In this document: piece after piece, positions 7,588 to 17,305 of the stretch
How the letters are laid out: the number at the start of each line of letters is the position of its first letter
How positions within the stretch are numbered: the first letter of the stretch is position 1
Origin: Bacteroidales bacterium
GTDB lineage: Bacteria > Bacteroidota > Bacteroidia > Bacteroidales > UBA932
NCBI GenBank assembly: GCA_017423025.1
Contig: JAFPGC010000030.1
Span: 9,133-73,132, forward strand
Length of the DNA: 64,000 nt
Direction of reading: 5' to 3'
The notes under the pieces: generated by a model
Database searches by the model: none
What the model saw: only the letters and a program-made list of their open reading frames with translations
What the model was told of the DNA's origin: nothing
Program-made: the position numbers and the translations under genes

Positions 7588-10578
7588 ATGGTTAGAAAAA
7601 TGCTGCTGGCCCTCGCGGGCCTCTTTATGGCCCTCGCGTTGAGCGCTCAGAATCACAAGATTACGCTTCAATTGCAGGATGCAATGACCGGAGAAGCCGT
7701 AGGTTTCGCAACGGTTTCGGTCACTCCCACCAAAGGTCAGGCCCAGACCAAGTACACCCTCTCCGGCTCGGACGGCAAAGTCACCCTGGAGAAGGTGCGC
7801 GTCGGCACCTACACCCTCAAGGCCGAGCTCATGGGCTACAAGTCTTATGAACAGGAGCTTGAGCTAAGGGCCGATGCCAACCTGGGCATCATCAAGATGG
7901 AACAGGACCTGGAAGTGCTGGACGCTGCGTCCGTGAGCGCCGTGGGTAACCCCGTCGTCATCAAGAAAGATACGGTGGAATACAACGCCTCGTCCTTCAA
8001 GATCAGCGACGACAATATGCTGGAAGACCTCCTTAAGAAGCTCCCCGGTGTGGAAGTGAACGAGGACGGCTCCATCACCGCCAACGGTGAAACCATCACC
8101 AAGATTACCATCGACGGCAAGACCTTCTTCCTGGACGACCCTCAGCTGGCCTCCAAGAACATCCCCGCCAAACTCATCGAGAAGGTGAAGGTGGTTAAGA
8201 AGAAGAGCGAGCAGGCCGCCTTCACCGGCATCGACGACGGTGAGGATGAGACCGTGATTGACCTGAGCGTCCAGAAGGGCATGATGAACGGCGTCTTCGG
8301 CAACGTAATGGCCGGTGGCGGTCACGACATTCCTTCCCAGAAGGGCGTGATGAACGACACCCGCTGGCAGGGCGCCTTCATGGGTGGCCGCTTCGCGGAA
8401 GACAGCCAGGTGAGCATCATCCTCAATGCCAACAACACCAATAACCGCGGTTTCAACGACCTCTCCGGCAACATGATGGGTGGCATGATGGGCGGTGGCG
8501 GCATGATGGGTATGGGCGGCGGCGGCTTCGGCGGCAACCGCAATGGCATTACCACCTCCTGGATGGGCGGTATCAACGGTAACTTCGACTTCTTCGATGA
8601 CCGGATGCAGCTGGGTGCCAACTACCTGTACAACGGTTCCATCATCGATGTGACCCAGGATACCTACAAAGAGACCTTCAGACCCGATGGCTCCACCCTT
8701 ATTTCCGATAACAACGGCCTGAGCCACCGCTTTACCGACGGACACCGTTTTGGCGTGCGCCTGGAGCACAAGTTCTCAGAGAACACTTCCATCCTCTTCC
8801 AGCCCCAGTTCAACTTCGGCCGCGGCAGCTACCGCCAGCAGAGCTTGTTCGATACCAGTACCCGCGAGGCCGACGGAACCGAAAGCAAGACCAACGACGG
8901 TTTTACTAACAATACCGGTGACAACCGCAACTGGAGCACCAACGGCTTCCTCCTGCTGCGCCAGCGTCTGGGTCTGCCGGGCCGTACCATCTCGCTCAAC
9001 GCTACCTGGCGCCTGTCCAACAACCATATAGACGGTTTCAACCAGTCCCTTACCGAGATGGAGTTTGATGAGAAAGGCGTGGCCGATTCCCTCAAGATCG
9101 TGAACCAGCGCATTGACCAGACCCAGAAGAGCCAGTCCGTAGGCGGCCGCCTGGTCTATACCGAGCCCCTGGGCTCCAACTTCTACTTGGAAGGCAGCTA
9201 CAACTTCAACTGGTCCCAGTCTGAGACTTCTAAATTGGTGTACAACAGCGGCGTCAAGGATGACTGGACCATGGATTCCTTTACCCTGGGCATGGGTGCC
9301 CTGCCTTATTCCGTAGCGGGTGAGAAGCTGGACGAAGCCTACACCAACGATATCGTCAACCGTAACATCAACCAGAACATCGGCGTGGCTGTGATGTACC
9401 AGGACGAAGGCCTGCGCGGCCAGCTGGGTGCATCGGCCATCCATACCAATACTTACAATTTCACCAACGGCAATACTTACACGGACAAGCGCTGGAACTT
9501 CGCCCCCCGGGCCATGCTTTTCTACGACTTCAACGACAACTCCAATGTGCGTCTGTTCTATTTTGGCCGTAGTTCCCAGCCTTCCACTTCGCAGTTAATG
9601 CCGGTTCTGGATAATACCAACCCCCAGAGCATGTCCCTGGGTAACCCGTACCTCACGCCTTACTTCAGCCACAGTCTCCGCAATGAATGGGAAATCTCTA
9701 ACCGCCAGACCTTCTTCACCCTTCGTGTGAACCTGCAGGGCGGTATGGTCCAGAACCCCATTACCAATGCCTCCTGTTACGATGCCGGCGGCCGTCAGTA
9801 CACTTTCCCGGTGAATGGACACAATACCTACAATGGTAGCGCCCGTATCATGGTGAACGCCCCTATCGCCAAGTCCAATTTCTCCATTTCCAACATGACC
9901 AACGTGTCTTATTCCAAGACCGGCAGCTACATTGGAAATCAAGCCTTTGACATGTCCGAATACCTTAAGGATAACTCCTTCGATTATAACAAGTTCCACC
10001 AGGACTATTTCGACGGTGATCACGATCCCAAGGAGGACAGCTTCATGGACAACACCACCCGCAGCCTCAACCTCACCGAGCGTCTCAGGGCTACCTACCG
10101 TTCCGACTTCCTGGAGGTCATCGTGAGCGGCCGTACCCGCGTGAGCAAGCCTTGGTACACGGTGCAGGAAGCTGTGGCTCCTACCTGGAACAACCAGGTC
10201 GGCGGTTCCATCAAGTGGACCATCGGTACCTCCGGTGTGGAGATTGGTACCGATGCCAACTACAACTGGTACAATGGTTATACCACCAAGCAGGAGCCCG
10301 AACTGGTGTGGAACGCCAAGGTTTCCGTACCCCTGTTCAAGCGTCAGGCCACTTTGTCCCTCAATGCCTACGACATCCTGGACCAGGCCAAGAACTTGCA
10401 GGTGGCCATCACGGACAACTATTATCAGGAGACCCGCAACAACACCCTGGGCCGATACGTGATGCTTTCCTTCACCTGGCGCTTCGGCAGCTTCGGTGGC
10501 CGCAACGGTCGTATGGGTGGCGGTCCCGGCAACTTCCGCGGCGGTCCGCCGATGGGTGGCGGCTTCCGTCGGTTCTAG
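7588..10578 (+). CDS. Outer-membrane beta-barrel protein with carboxypeptidase-regulatory-like N domain (TonB-receptor-like family)
   Basis: Signal peptide (ALSA|Q), KKDTVEYNASSF, LEDLLKKLPGVEV, LGNPYLTPYF, C-terminal NTLGRYVMLSFTWRF followed by a Gly/Arg-rich tail. Confidence 0.85.
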   Translation: MVRKMLLALAGLFMALALSAQNHKITLQLQDAMTGEAVGFATVSVTPTKGQAQTKYTLSGSDGKVTLEKVRVGTYTLKAELMGYKSYEQELELRADANLGIIKMEQDLEVLDAASVSAVGNPVVIKKDTVEYNASSFKISDDNMLEDLLKKLPGVEVNEDGSITANGETITKITIDGKTFFLDDPQLASKNIPAKLIEKVKVVKKKSEQAAFTGIDDGEDETVIDLSVQKGMMNGVFGNVMAGGGHDIPSQKGVMNDTRWQGAFMGGRFAEDSQVSIILNANNTNNRGFNDLSGNMMGGMMGGGGMMGMGGGGFGGNRNGITTSWMGGINGNFDFFDDRMQLGANYLYNGSIIDVTQDTYKETFRPDGSTLISDNNGLSHRFTDGHRFGVRLEHKFSENTSILFQPQFNFGRGSYRQQSLFDTSTREADGTESKTNDGFTNNTGDNRNWSTNGFLLLRQRLGLPGRTISLNATWRLSNNHIDGFNQSLTEMEFDEKGVADSLKIVNQRIDQTQKSQSVGGRLVYTEPLGSNFYLEGSYNFNWSQSETSKLVYNSGVKDDWTMDSFTLGMGALPYSVAGEKLDEAYTNDIVNRNINQNIGVAVMYQDEGLRGQLGASAIHTNTYNFTNGNTYTDKRWNFAPRAMLFYDFNDNSNVRLFYFGRSSQPSTSQLMPVLDNTNPQSMSLGNPYLTPYFSHSLRNEWEISNRQTFFTLRVNLQGGMVQNPITNASCYDAGGRQYTFPVNGHNTYNGSARIMVNAPIAKSNFSISNMTNVSYSKTGSYIGNQAFDMSEYLKDNSFDYNKFHQDYFDGDHDPKEDSFMDNTTRSLNLTERLRATYRSDFLEVIVSGRTRVSKPWYTVQEAVAPTWNNQVGGSIKWTIGTSGVEIGTDANYNWYNGYTTKQEPELVWNAKVSVPLFKRQATLSLNAYDILDQAKNLQVAITDNYYQETRNNTLGRYVMLSFTWRFGSFGGRNGRMGGGPGNFRGGPPMGGGFRRF

Positions 10579-10617
10579 TGCCGTGGACGCAATCGTTTGA
10601 TTGAAGGCTATTTAACA

Positions 10618-10652
10618 AATATCCCCCTGGTGATTTTAACCAGGGGGATATT
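10618..10652. terminator. Bidirectional intrinsic terminator between convergent genes
   Basis: AATATCCCCCTGG / CCAGGGGGATATT 13-bp inverted repeat with A/T-rich flanks. Confidence 0.8.
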
Positions 10653-10669
10653 GTTTAACTTGTTATAGG

Positions 10670-11764
10670 CTAATCATTTGTGCCCACGAGGGAGTTGGTG
10701 TAGTTGCGCCATTTTTCAATCAAGGCCACCATATCTTCCGGCAGGGCGGCTTCGAAATGGAGCCGCTCTCCCGTTGCGGGATGCGTAAAGCCCAACGTGC
10801 GGGCGTGAAGGGCCTGCCGGGGGCAGAGGGAGAAGCAGTTCTGGATAAACTGTTTGTATTTGGCGTAGATAGTGCCTTGGCGAATCTCGGACCCGCCATA
10901 GCGTTCATCATTAAAGAGGGGATGGCCGATGGAAGCCATGTGCACGCGGATCTGGTGGGTGCGGCCTGTCTCCAGCCGGCATTCCACCACGGTGATGAAG
11001 CCGAAGCGTTCCAGCACGCGCCAGTGCGTCACGGCCCATTTCCCCTTGTCGGGGTCGTCGTACACGCGGAAGCGGAGGCGGTCATTGGGATCCCGGCCGA
11101 TGGTGCCTTCGATGGTGCCTTCATCCTCGGCAATATTGCCCCAGACCACAGCCGTGTAGATGCGGTCGATGGAGTGGACGAAGAACTGGTCGGCCAGGTT
11201 GAGCTGGGCGGCGGGATTTTTGGCCACCACCAGCAGGCCGCTGGTGTCTTTGTCTATGCGGTGCACCAGGACGCCCATGCGCTCGTCCTCCACGTCGGGG
11301 GAGAGATGCAGATAGTAGGCGAGGGCATTCACCAGCGTCCCGTTGTAATTGCCATGACCGGGGTGCACCACCATGCCGGCGGGCTTGTTCACCACCAGCA
11401 CGTCGTTGTCTTCGTAGGTAATGTCCAGCGGAATGTTTTCCGGAAGGATCTCGGTACCCCGGCGCTCGTAGGGCATCACGAATTTCACCACGTCGGAAGG
11501 CCGTACGATGTAGTTGGCCTTGACCGGTTTGTCGTTCACCAGCACGTAACCCAGCTTGATGGCCTGCTGCACCCGGTTGCGGGAAGTGTCCTCCTGGTGC
11601 TCGGCAATGTACTTGTCTATTCTGACGGGCTCCTGTCCCTTATCTACGAGCAGACGAAAATGCTCGAACATTTCGTCGGAAGACGAAACGTCATTTCCGG
11701 CGCCCTTTTCGTCATTCCCGGCTTGACCGGGAATCTCTACCTTATTTAGAAGGTCTTCCTGCAT
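10670..11764 (-). CDS. rluD: RluA/RluD family 23S rRNA pseudouridine synthase
   Basis: S4 domain (RIDKY...SRNRVQ), VVNKPAGMVVHPG, catalytic HRIDKDTSG, LETGRTHQIRVH, RQALHA. Confidence 0.93.
   Translation of the reverse strand: MQEDLLNKVEIPGQAGNDEKGAGNDVSSSDEMFEHFRLLVDKGQEPVRIDKYIAEHQEDTSRNRVQQAIKLGYVLVNDKPVKANYIVRPSDVVKFVMPYERRGTEILPENIPLDITYEDNDVLVVNKPAGMVVHPGHGNYNGTLVNALAYYLHLSPDVEDERMGVLVHRIDKDTSGLLVVAKNPAAQLNLADQFFVHSIDRIYTAVVWGNIAEDEGTIEGTIGRDPNDRLRFRVYDDPDKGKWAVTHWRVLERFGFITVVECRLETGRTHQIRVHMASIGHPLFNDERYGGSEIRQGTIYAKYKQFIQNCFSLCPRQALHARTLGFTHPATGERLHFEAALPEDMVALIEKWRNYTNSLVGTND
11710..11737. repeat. CGTC-tagged REP-like palindrome inside the rluD 5' coding region
   Basis: CGTC-ATTCCCGG-CTTGA-CCGGGAAT-CTC; reads EIPGQAGND in the rluD frame. 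A partial second copy (GTCATTTCCGG) lies at 11690-11700. Confidence 0.7.
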
Positions 11765-12561
11765 TATTTGGCGGGAAGTTTGGTCTGGTCCAGGGTGAGG
11801 AAGAAGTTCACGTTGGCGCCCAGGTTGCGGTCGGCTCCGGCGGGATCCTGCTTGTACACCACGGCGTTCATGGAATCTGCGTAGGTCTTGATATCGGCAT
11901 CAAACGTGACTTTGCCCACGTTGAGGAAACGCTCGTGGAGGGCGTCCGTGGCATTTACGTATTTCATCCCGGTAATCTTGGGAATGGTAGTCTGGTTGTC
12001 CTGGGAGCCGACGCCTACCATCAGATCTATGACGGAACCGCTCACCACCAGGTCTCCGGCTTTTACCTCCAGGCCTTCACAGCTCTGGCCCAGGACATTG
12101 TTGGTGGCGATATCCTTGACATAGTTGAGGCGTCCCAGGTTGAGGCCGCGGTTTCGGAGTTCGGAACGGGCCTCGGTAACGGAGTAGCCGAACAGATTGG
12201 GCATGACCACCTTGCGGGGTACCACGGAATTGATGGTAAGGAAAATGCTGCGGCCCTTCTTGACGGTAGAACCGGCCTTGGGCTGCTGACGGTACACCAC
12301 GCCGCCGGCGAGGCGCCGTACGAACACGGAGTCCACCACCTTCACGTTCACGTGGGAGTGGGAAGCCAGTTCCTTGGCCTGGGGAACGGTGAGGTTGGAG
12401 AAATCGGGCGTCTTTACCACCTGACCGTGGCGGGTGATGATGCCCAGGCTCCAGGCGGCCAGAATACCCAGTACCAACACAAAAGCCACACCCAGCAGGA
12501 GGTTTTTCCAGATCCACCGGGTTTGTTTGGCCACTTTCTGCACTTTCTCTTTATCAGTCAT
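11764..12561 (-). CDS. PASTA domain-containing membrane protein
   Basis: Start MTDKEK; one TM helix, then three PASTA repeats (TPDFSNLTV, MPNLFGYSV, IPKITGMKY; VYRQQPKAG). Upstream of rluD as is usual in Bacteroidota. Confidence 0.9.
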   Translation of the reverse strand: MTDKEKVQKVAKQTRWIWKNLLLGVAFVLVLGILAAWSLGIITRHGQVVKTPDFSNLTVPQAKELASHSHVNVKVVDSVFVRRLAGGVVYRQQPKAGSTVKKGRSIFLTINSVVPRKVVMPNLFGYSVTEARSELRNRGLNLGRLNYVKDIATNNVLGQSCEGLEVKAGDLVVSGSVIDLMVGVGSQDNQTTIPKITGMKYVNATDALHERFLNVGKVTFDADIKTYADSMNAVVYKQDPAGADRNLGANVNFFLTLDQTKLPAK

Positions 12562-12584
12562 GCTACCAATTCTAATTATCCCTG

Positions 12585-12623
12585 CAAAGATAACAATAAA
12601 AAAGTGGAATTTTGTTACCTTTG
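12585..12623. promoter_or_regulatory. Back-to-back -7 promoter elements for the PASTA gene (minus, 12585-12592) and lnt (plus, 12616-12623)
   Basis: CAAAGATA and TACCTTTG, both TAnnTTTG matches, in an AT-rich spacer. Confidence 0.7.
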
Positions 12624-12628
12624 CTCCG

Positions 12629-14236
12629 ATGAAAAACCGTACGCTCATATTCCTGTCCCTGGCTCTGGGCTTTACGCTCCTGATGAGCCTGCCGTGGCTG
12701 GTGCCGCACATGGGCTGGACGGCCCTGGTGGGCCTGCTGCCCCTGCTGATTATGGAACGGCTGGCCTCGGAGCAGAAGGTAAAGCACTTCTGGTGGTGGC
12801 ATTATGGCACTTTCGTGCTTTGGAATGCCGTCACTACCTGGTGGATAGCGGGTGCAACCGTGGGAGGCGCCGTCTTCGCCGTCCTGGCCAATGCCCTGCA
12901 GATGAGCGTTATCTTCGGCAGTTTCCGTTGGGTCAAGCGCCGCACGGCCGGCGTGTTGCCTTATCTTTTCCTGGCCGCCGCCTGGATGGCCTGGGAACGG
13001 TATTACCTCACGGTGGCAGAGATTTCCTGGCCCTGGCTGGTGCTGGGCAACGCTTTTGCCGATACCACCAGCCTGGTGCAGTGGTATTCCGTGCTGGGCT
13101 CGCTGGGCGGTTCGCTCTGGGTTTGGGCCAGCAATCTGGGCCTCTTCGGCCTTATGGTGGCCCTCTCCGACGGAAGGATGGGCCGATGGACACCGCAGGC
13201 CCGCATAACTGCCTTCGCGGCCGTCTTCGTGACCCTTTTCGGCCCCATGGTCTGGTCCGGCTGCCTCCGTGCAAAGCCCTCCGAGGGTTCCCTGAGGGTG
13301 GTTATCGGCCAGCCTAATTATGACCCTTACGAAAAGTTTGAATCCCTTTCCCGCAAGGAGCAGGACCGTCGTTTCCTGGGGCTATTGGAAGGGGCCGATT
13401 GGACTTCTCCCGAACCCACGCTGGTGCTGGCGCCGGAGACCTTTACTTCGCACGTTTTCACGGATCAGGTTTTCACGCACGAGACCTTCGTCCGTTTCCA
13501 GGAATTCCTGAAAAAGCACCCGCAGGCTACGATCCTGTACGGGGCATCTACCATCGAGCGGGTGTATTCCCGCCTGCGCCCGCATCCGTGCGCGTATGAT
13601 ATAGAGGAAGAGCCGGACGGCCGGCACCTGTGGATGCTGCTGCATAATTCCGCCATCGTTACGGATACATCGGCCATCTACCAGATTTATCATAAGTCCA
13701 AGCTGGTGGTGGGCACCGAACTCACGCCCTATCCCAAGTTCTTCATCCCGCTGGAGAAGCTTCTGAGCAACGGCGGGGCCCTTATGGCCAAGGACATAGG
13801 CCAGCCGCACATTGCCTGCCTTACCATTAACGGGGATCTCCCTGTTGGTACGGCCATTTGCTATGAGTCCGTGTATGGGGAGTACTGCACGGGGTATGTG
13901 AAGAAGGGGGCGCAGCTTCTTACCGTCATTACCAACGATGCCTGGTGGGGGAATACGCCCGGCTACCGCCAGCACTTCAACTACAGCCGTCTCCGCGCCA
14001 TCGAGACGCGCCGATGGGTGGCCCGCTGCGGCAATACGGGGGTGTCGGCCCTAATCGATCCCGAAGGGCACGTGGTAAAGCGGACACCCTGGTGGGAACC
14101 TGCTATCCTGGAAGGAACGGTGGGCTTGTCTACCGAGCAGACCTTCTTTGTACAATATGGGGATATGGTGGGCCGGGTGGCCGTTTTCCTCTTCCTGCTT
14201 CTGGCCGCTGCGGCCATCTTCAGACCTAAGAAATAG
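12629..14236 (+). CDS. lnt: Apolipoprotein N-acyltransferase
   Basis: Multi-TM N-terminus (SWPWLVLG), nitrilase triad PETF / KSKLV / ICYES, ITNDAWWG, RAIETRR. Confidence 0.93.
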   Translation: MKNRTLIFLSLALGFTLLMSLPWLVPHMGWTALVGLLPLLIMERLASEQKVKHFWWWHYGTFVLWNAVTTWWIAGATVGGAVFAVLANALQMSVIFGSFRWVKRRTAGVLPYLFLAAAWMAWERYYLTVAEISWPWLVLGNAFADTTSLVQWYSVLGSLGGSLWVWASNLGLFGLMVALSDGRMGRWTPQARITAFAAVFVTLFGPMVWSGCLRAKPSEGSLRVVIGQPNYDPYEKFESLSRKEQDRRFLGLLEGADWTSPEPTLVLAPETFTSHVFTDQVFTHETFVRFQEFLKKHPQATILYGASTIERVYSRLRPHPCAYDIEEEPDGRHLWMLLHNSAIVTDTSAIYQIYHKSKLVVGTELTPYPKFFIPLEKLLSNGGALMAKDIGQPHIACLTINGDLPVGTAICYESVYGEYCTGYVKKGAQLLTVITNDAWWGNTPGYRQHFNYSRLRAIETRRWVARCGNTGVSALIDPEGHVVKRTPWWEPAILEGTVGLSTEQTFFVQYGDMVGRVAVFLFLLLAAAAIFRPKK

Positions 14237-14238
14237 GG

Positions 14239-15138
14239 CTATTTGGAAGCGGGGATGACAATCTGATAGGTTTTCCCGTTCTTGTTGGTGAGTTTGTCAC
14301 CGCGCAGCCAGAGGTTGGCTTCTTTCAAAAGGAAATAGGTGGTGCCGTGCTCCTCGGCGAAGTCCGTGAGGCTCTCGATGGGGCCTTTCACCGTAACGGT
14401 TTCCTTGGGCGCCACATACGGATAGCACTCTTCCGGCTTTACGTGGAAGCCGAATTCCTCCGGATGCTCGAAGAAATACTTGGCCGTGAGGAGGCGGAAG
14501 ATGTAACGGGAGGTTTCGGCCGGCAGAGCCAGGTTCATGGCGCTTTTCTGGCGCTGGACGTCAATGCGCTGGGAGATGCCGCCCTGGCCGGCGTTGTAGC
14601 TGGCGGCCACGGTGATCCAGTCTCCATATTTGGCGTATGCCGCCTTGAGATACTTGCAGGCGGCTTCCGTAGATTTCTGAATGTGGTAACGCTCGTCCAC
14701 TTCGTCTCCTACTTCCAGTCCGTTCTCGCGGGCGGCGGCTTTCATGAACTGCCAGGGCCCCTTGGCACCGGCCACGCTCACGGAAGTGGGGTCCAGGTTG
14801 CATTCGATGGCCATCAGATACTTCAAATCTTCCGGTACCCCGTTCTTTTTGAGGATGGGGACCACCTGTGCGAAGAGGCGGTCGGCCCGCTTGAGCATGA
14901 GGATGGCGTTGGTGTGGGCGTAGGAGAAGGCGATGAATTCGCGGTCCATGCGCTCGTAGAGGTCCGGCCGGTCAAAACGGTAGGTGGTTCCGGCAAAACG
15001 CACCGATTCCGGCACCCTGGGGGCCTGGAACTGGAGAGACTGGTTGCCGTACAACGTCTGGCCGCGGAGCGGGGCGGGGCTTGCCAGCACCAGGGCCAGC
15101 AGGCAGGAAACCAGGAGACTTGTTTTATTCCGGGACAT
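14239..15138 (-). CDS. Lytic transglycosylase (SLT/MltD-like)
   Basis: KYLMAIE (catalytic Glu), AGAKGPWQFM, VDERY, AASYNAG, LPAETSRY. Confidence 0.9.
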   Translation of the reverse strand: MSRNKTSLLVSCLLALVLASPAPLRGQTLYGNQSLQFQAPRVPESVRFAGTTYRFDRPDLYERMDREFIAFSYAHTNAILMLKRADRLFAQVVPILKKNGVPEDLKYLMAIECNLDPTSVSVAGAKGPWQFMKAAARENGLEVGDEVDERYHIQKSTEAACKYLKAAYAKYGDWITVAASYNAGQGGISQRIDVQRQKSAMNLALPAETSRYIFRLLTAKYFFEHPEEFGFHVKPEECYPYVAPKETVTVKGPIESLTDFAEEHGTTYFLLKEANLWLRGDKLTNKNGKTYQIVIPASK

Positions 15139-15371
15139 CAGAATAAGGTGGGATGGTTTTCTTCCAGTTCGGAGAGCACTTTGCTCATGATGGCCTCCCG
15201 GAAGAGGGTGGCCTTGGCGTGCACCTTGAAGCGGGAGCAGTATTCGTCGATGGCTGCCACCTCGCTGTCGTTGAAGTACAGCATATAGCGGTTTTTCCGC
15301 AGGAGCATCTCTTTCTGCTTCTCCAGATAGGCGGGATCTACGCCGGGTATGTGCTTCGTCTTGCGGGGCAT
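15138..15371 (-). CDS. Small hypothetical protein, ribbon-helix-helix-like
   Basis: 77 aa from ATG 15371: beta-strand then helices (YMLYFNDSEVAAIDEYC...LFREAIM), ending HPTLF. Preceded by TATCTTTG (15380-15387); stop overlaps the transglycosylase start. Confidence 0.7.
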   Translation of the reverse strand: MPRKTKHIPGVDPAYLEKQKEMLLRKNRYMLYFNDSEVAAIDEYCSRFKVHAKATLFREAIMSKVLSELEENHPTLF

Positions 15372-15395
15372 ATCGGCCACAAAGATAATAAAAAA

Positions 15396-16850
15396 CTACA
15401 GGAGTTGCACGTAACGGTGCCGGACGATGCCCTTGCGGTCCAGCTGCAGTACGAAGGGCAGCACGGAGAGGTCGAAGTTATCCAGCAATTCGTTGGCCTT
15501 GTCGGGCTGCTCGTTGAACAGGGTATCCATGTCTATGAGCAATACCTTGGCCTTGCGGTCCTTTGCTACAATATCGTCTACGGCGGCCAGAAGTTCCTTG
15601 CAGGCCTGGCAGCTGGCGGTGTAGAACACCAGATACCCAGGATTGCCCTTAAGTTTGCGGAGCTTGAACTTACCTTCCTTCACGCCTTTGCGGAAGAGCC
15701 CGGGCTTGCGGTGCAGGGTGCCGGGAACGGTGAGATCCGGCACCTGGGAGCCCACGGGAGTGCGGCTGGCGAGGTCTGCCATCAGTTCTCCCAGGGAGGT
15801 AATCTGGGCCTTATCGGCCTCGGTGTTCCAGATTTCGGGCTGCTCTATGTATTTCTGGATGAAGGGGACGCTGGCGTCGCGGTAAACCTCCGTGCGCTGG
15901 GAAAAGAGGTAGTACAGCAGGTCTCCTATGGTTTGCTTGTAGGCATTCACGTCGCCTTCCCCGAAGGTGCGGGCGGCCATATAATCGGCCACCGACATGA
16001 TGTCCGAAACCTTGAGCGTATCTCCGTAGATTTCAAAGAGTTGCGCGAGCCTTTCCATCTCTCCGGCCTCGCCGTACACGTATTCCTCCTTGGATAGTTC
16101 CCGGTTCAGGAGAATCTCCAGGGCGGGGGTGTCCAGGCCGCGGCCCACAATTTCTCCGGTGGGGCTTACCAGGAACATGCGCGGGGTCTGCAGCACGCCG
16201 TAAAGCAGCTGCCAGTCCGAGGTAACGTCCGGGTCCCACAGGTGGGTGACGCCGGTGAACTTTTCCCGGTAACCGGCCCATTCTTCGGCCGATGCGCCCA
16301 CGTAGATGGCGTAGACCGTCAAGGGGTATTTGCCGGAGTCGATGAGTTTTTGCAGGCGGGGAGTCTCCTTCTTGCAGGTGGCGCAGCCCGTGTCATAGAA
16401 ATACAGGACGGAATAGGTGTCCTTCGCGGGGATGCGCAGGGTGGTGCTGTCGGGCGTAAAGAGCGTCAGGGCCGGAGCAGGACTGCCGATGAGGGAATTC
16501 TCGTTGAACTGGACAAAGAGCTGCGCGTGGAAGGCGTCTTCCTGGGTTTTCATCTTCACCGCCCCGGAAAGGAACCACTTGCGGGCAATGTGCACGGCCA
16601 CGGCGTCGTCGCCCATGATCTTGGACTTGAGATAGTGGTCGTAAATCTTGAGGGCGGTATACTGCCTCACCAGGGAATCCTGACAGGTCTCGATGAGGAA
16701 ATCACATTCTTCGTTCTGGACGGAAACAGGCTCTCCGGCCAGGGCCAGGAGGTACTGGTCCAGCTTGGCCCCCAGCTCGGGATAAGGCTGCTGGGCAAAA
16801 GCCAGCAGGGAGGCCGATAAAGCCGCCAGAGCCAGGATCAGCCTTCTCAT
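15396..16850 (-). CDS. Exported thioredoxin-fold protein with two CxxC Trx/AhpC-TSA-like domains (DUF5106-like)
   Basis: Signal peptide (AFA|Q); FYDTGCATCK and FYTASCQACK motifs; IGSPAP and VGSQVPD openers. Confidence 0.75.
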   Translation of the reverse strand: MRRLILALAALSASLLAFAQQPYPELGAKLDQYLLALAGEPVSVQNEECDFLIETCQDSLVRQYTALKIYDHYLKSKIMGDDAVAVHIARKWFLSGAVKMKTQEDAFHAQLFVQFNENSLIGSPAPALTLFTPDSTTLRIPAKDTYSVLYFYDTGCATCKKETPRLQKLIDSGKYPLTVYAIYVGASAEEWAGYREKFTGVTHLWDPDVTSDWQLLYGVLQTPRMFLVSPTGEIVGRGLDTPALEILLNRELSKEEYVYGEAGEMERLAQLFEIYGDTLKVSDIMSVADYMAARTFGEGDVNAYKQTIGDLLYYLFSQRTEVYRDASVPFIQKYIEQPEIWNTEADKAQITSLGELMADLASRTPVGSQVPDLTVPGTLHRKPGLFRKGVKEGKFKLRKLKGNPGYLVFYTASCQACKELLAAVDDIVAKDRKAKVLLIDMDTLFNEQPDKANELLDNFDLSVLPFVLQLDRKGIVRHRYVQLL

Positions 16851-17305
16851 AACACCACGCCCTCCGGAATAAAGGTGGAGAGGTCTCCGCCGTGGCGCAG
16901 GATGTCCCGCACGGCCGAAGAACTGATGTGCGCAAATTCCTGGGCGGTGGGGATGATGATGGTCTCGATCTCCGGGGCCAGGCGACGGTTGGCATCGGCA
17001 ATGGAGCGCTCTGTCTCAAAGTCGATCATGTTGCGCACGCCCCTCACGATATGGTGGATGTCCAGCTGGCGGCAGGCGTCTATGGTGAGGCTGTCATACT
17101 GGATGACGGAAACGCCTTCCATCCCTTTGGTGGCCTGCCGGATAAGGTCCAGGCGCTTTTCCATGGAGAAGAAGCCCGGTTTGTCCTGGTTGATACCCAC
17201 GGCCACCACCACCTCGTCAAACATGGTGAGGGCGCGCCTCAGGATATTCAGATGGCCGGCCGTAAACGGATCGAACGAGCCGGGAAAGAGTGCAACGTGT
17301 TTCAT
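16847..17305 (-). CDS. coaD: Pantetheine-phosphate adenylyltransferase
   Basis: FPGSFDPFTAGH, IVRGVR...DFETE, HISSSAVR. Confidence 0.96.
   Translation of the reverse strand: MKHVALFPGSFDPFTAGHLNILRRALTMFDEVVVAVGINQDKPGFFSMEKRLDLIRQATKGMEGVSVIQYDSLTIDACRQLDIHHIVRGVRNMIDFETERSIADANRRLAPEIETIIIPTAQEFAHISSSAVRDILRHGGDLSTFIPEGVVL

Noticed and set aside
12434-12711. Apparent overlap of extended lnt and PASTA ORFs
   Set aside because: The extensions run through the AT-rich divergent promoter; real starts are 12561 (-) and 12629 (+).
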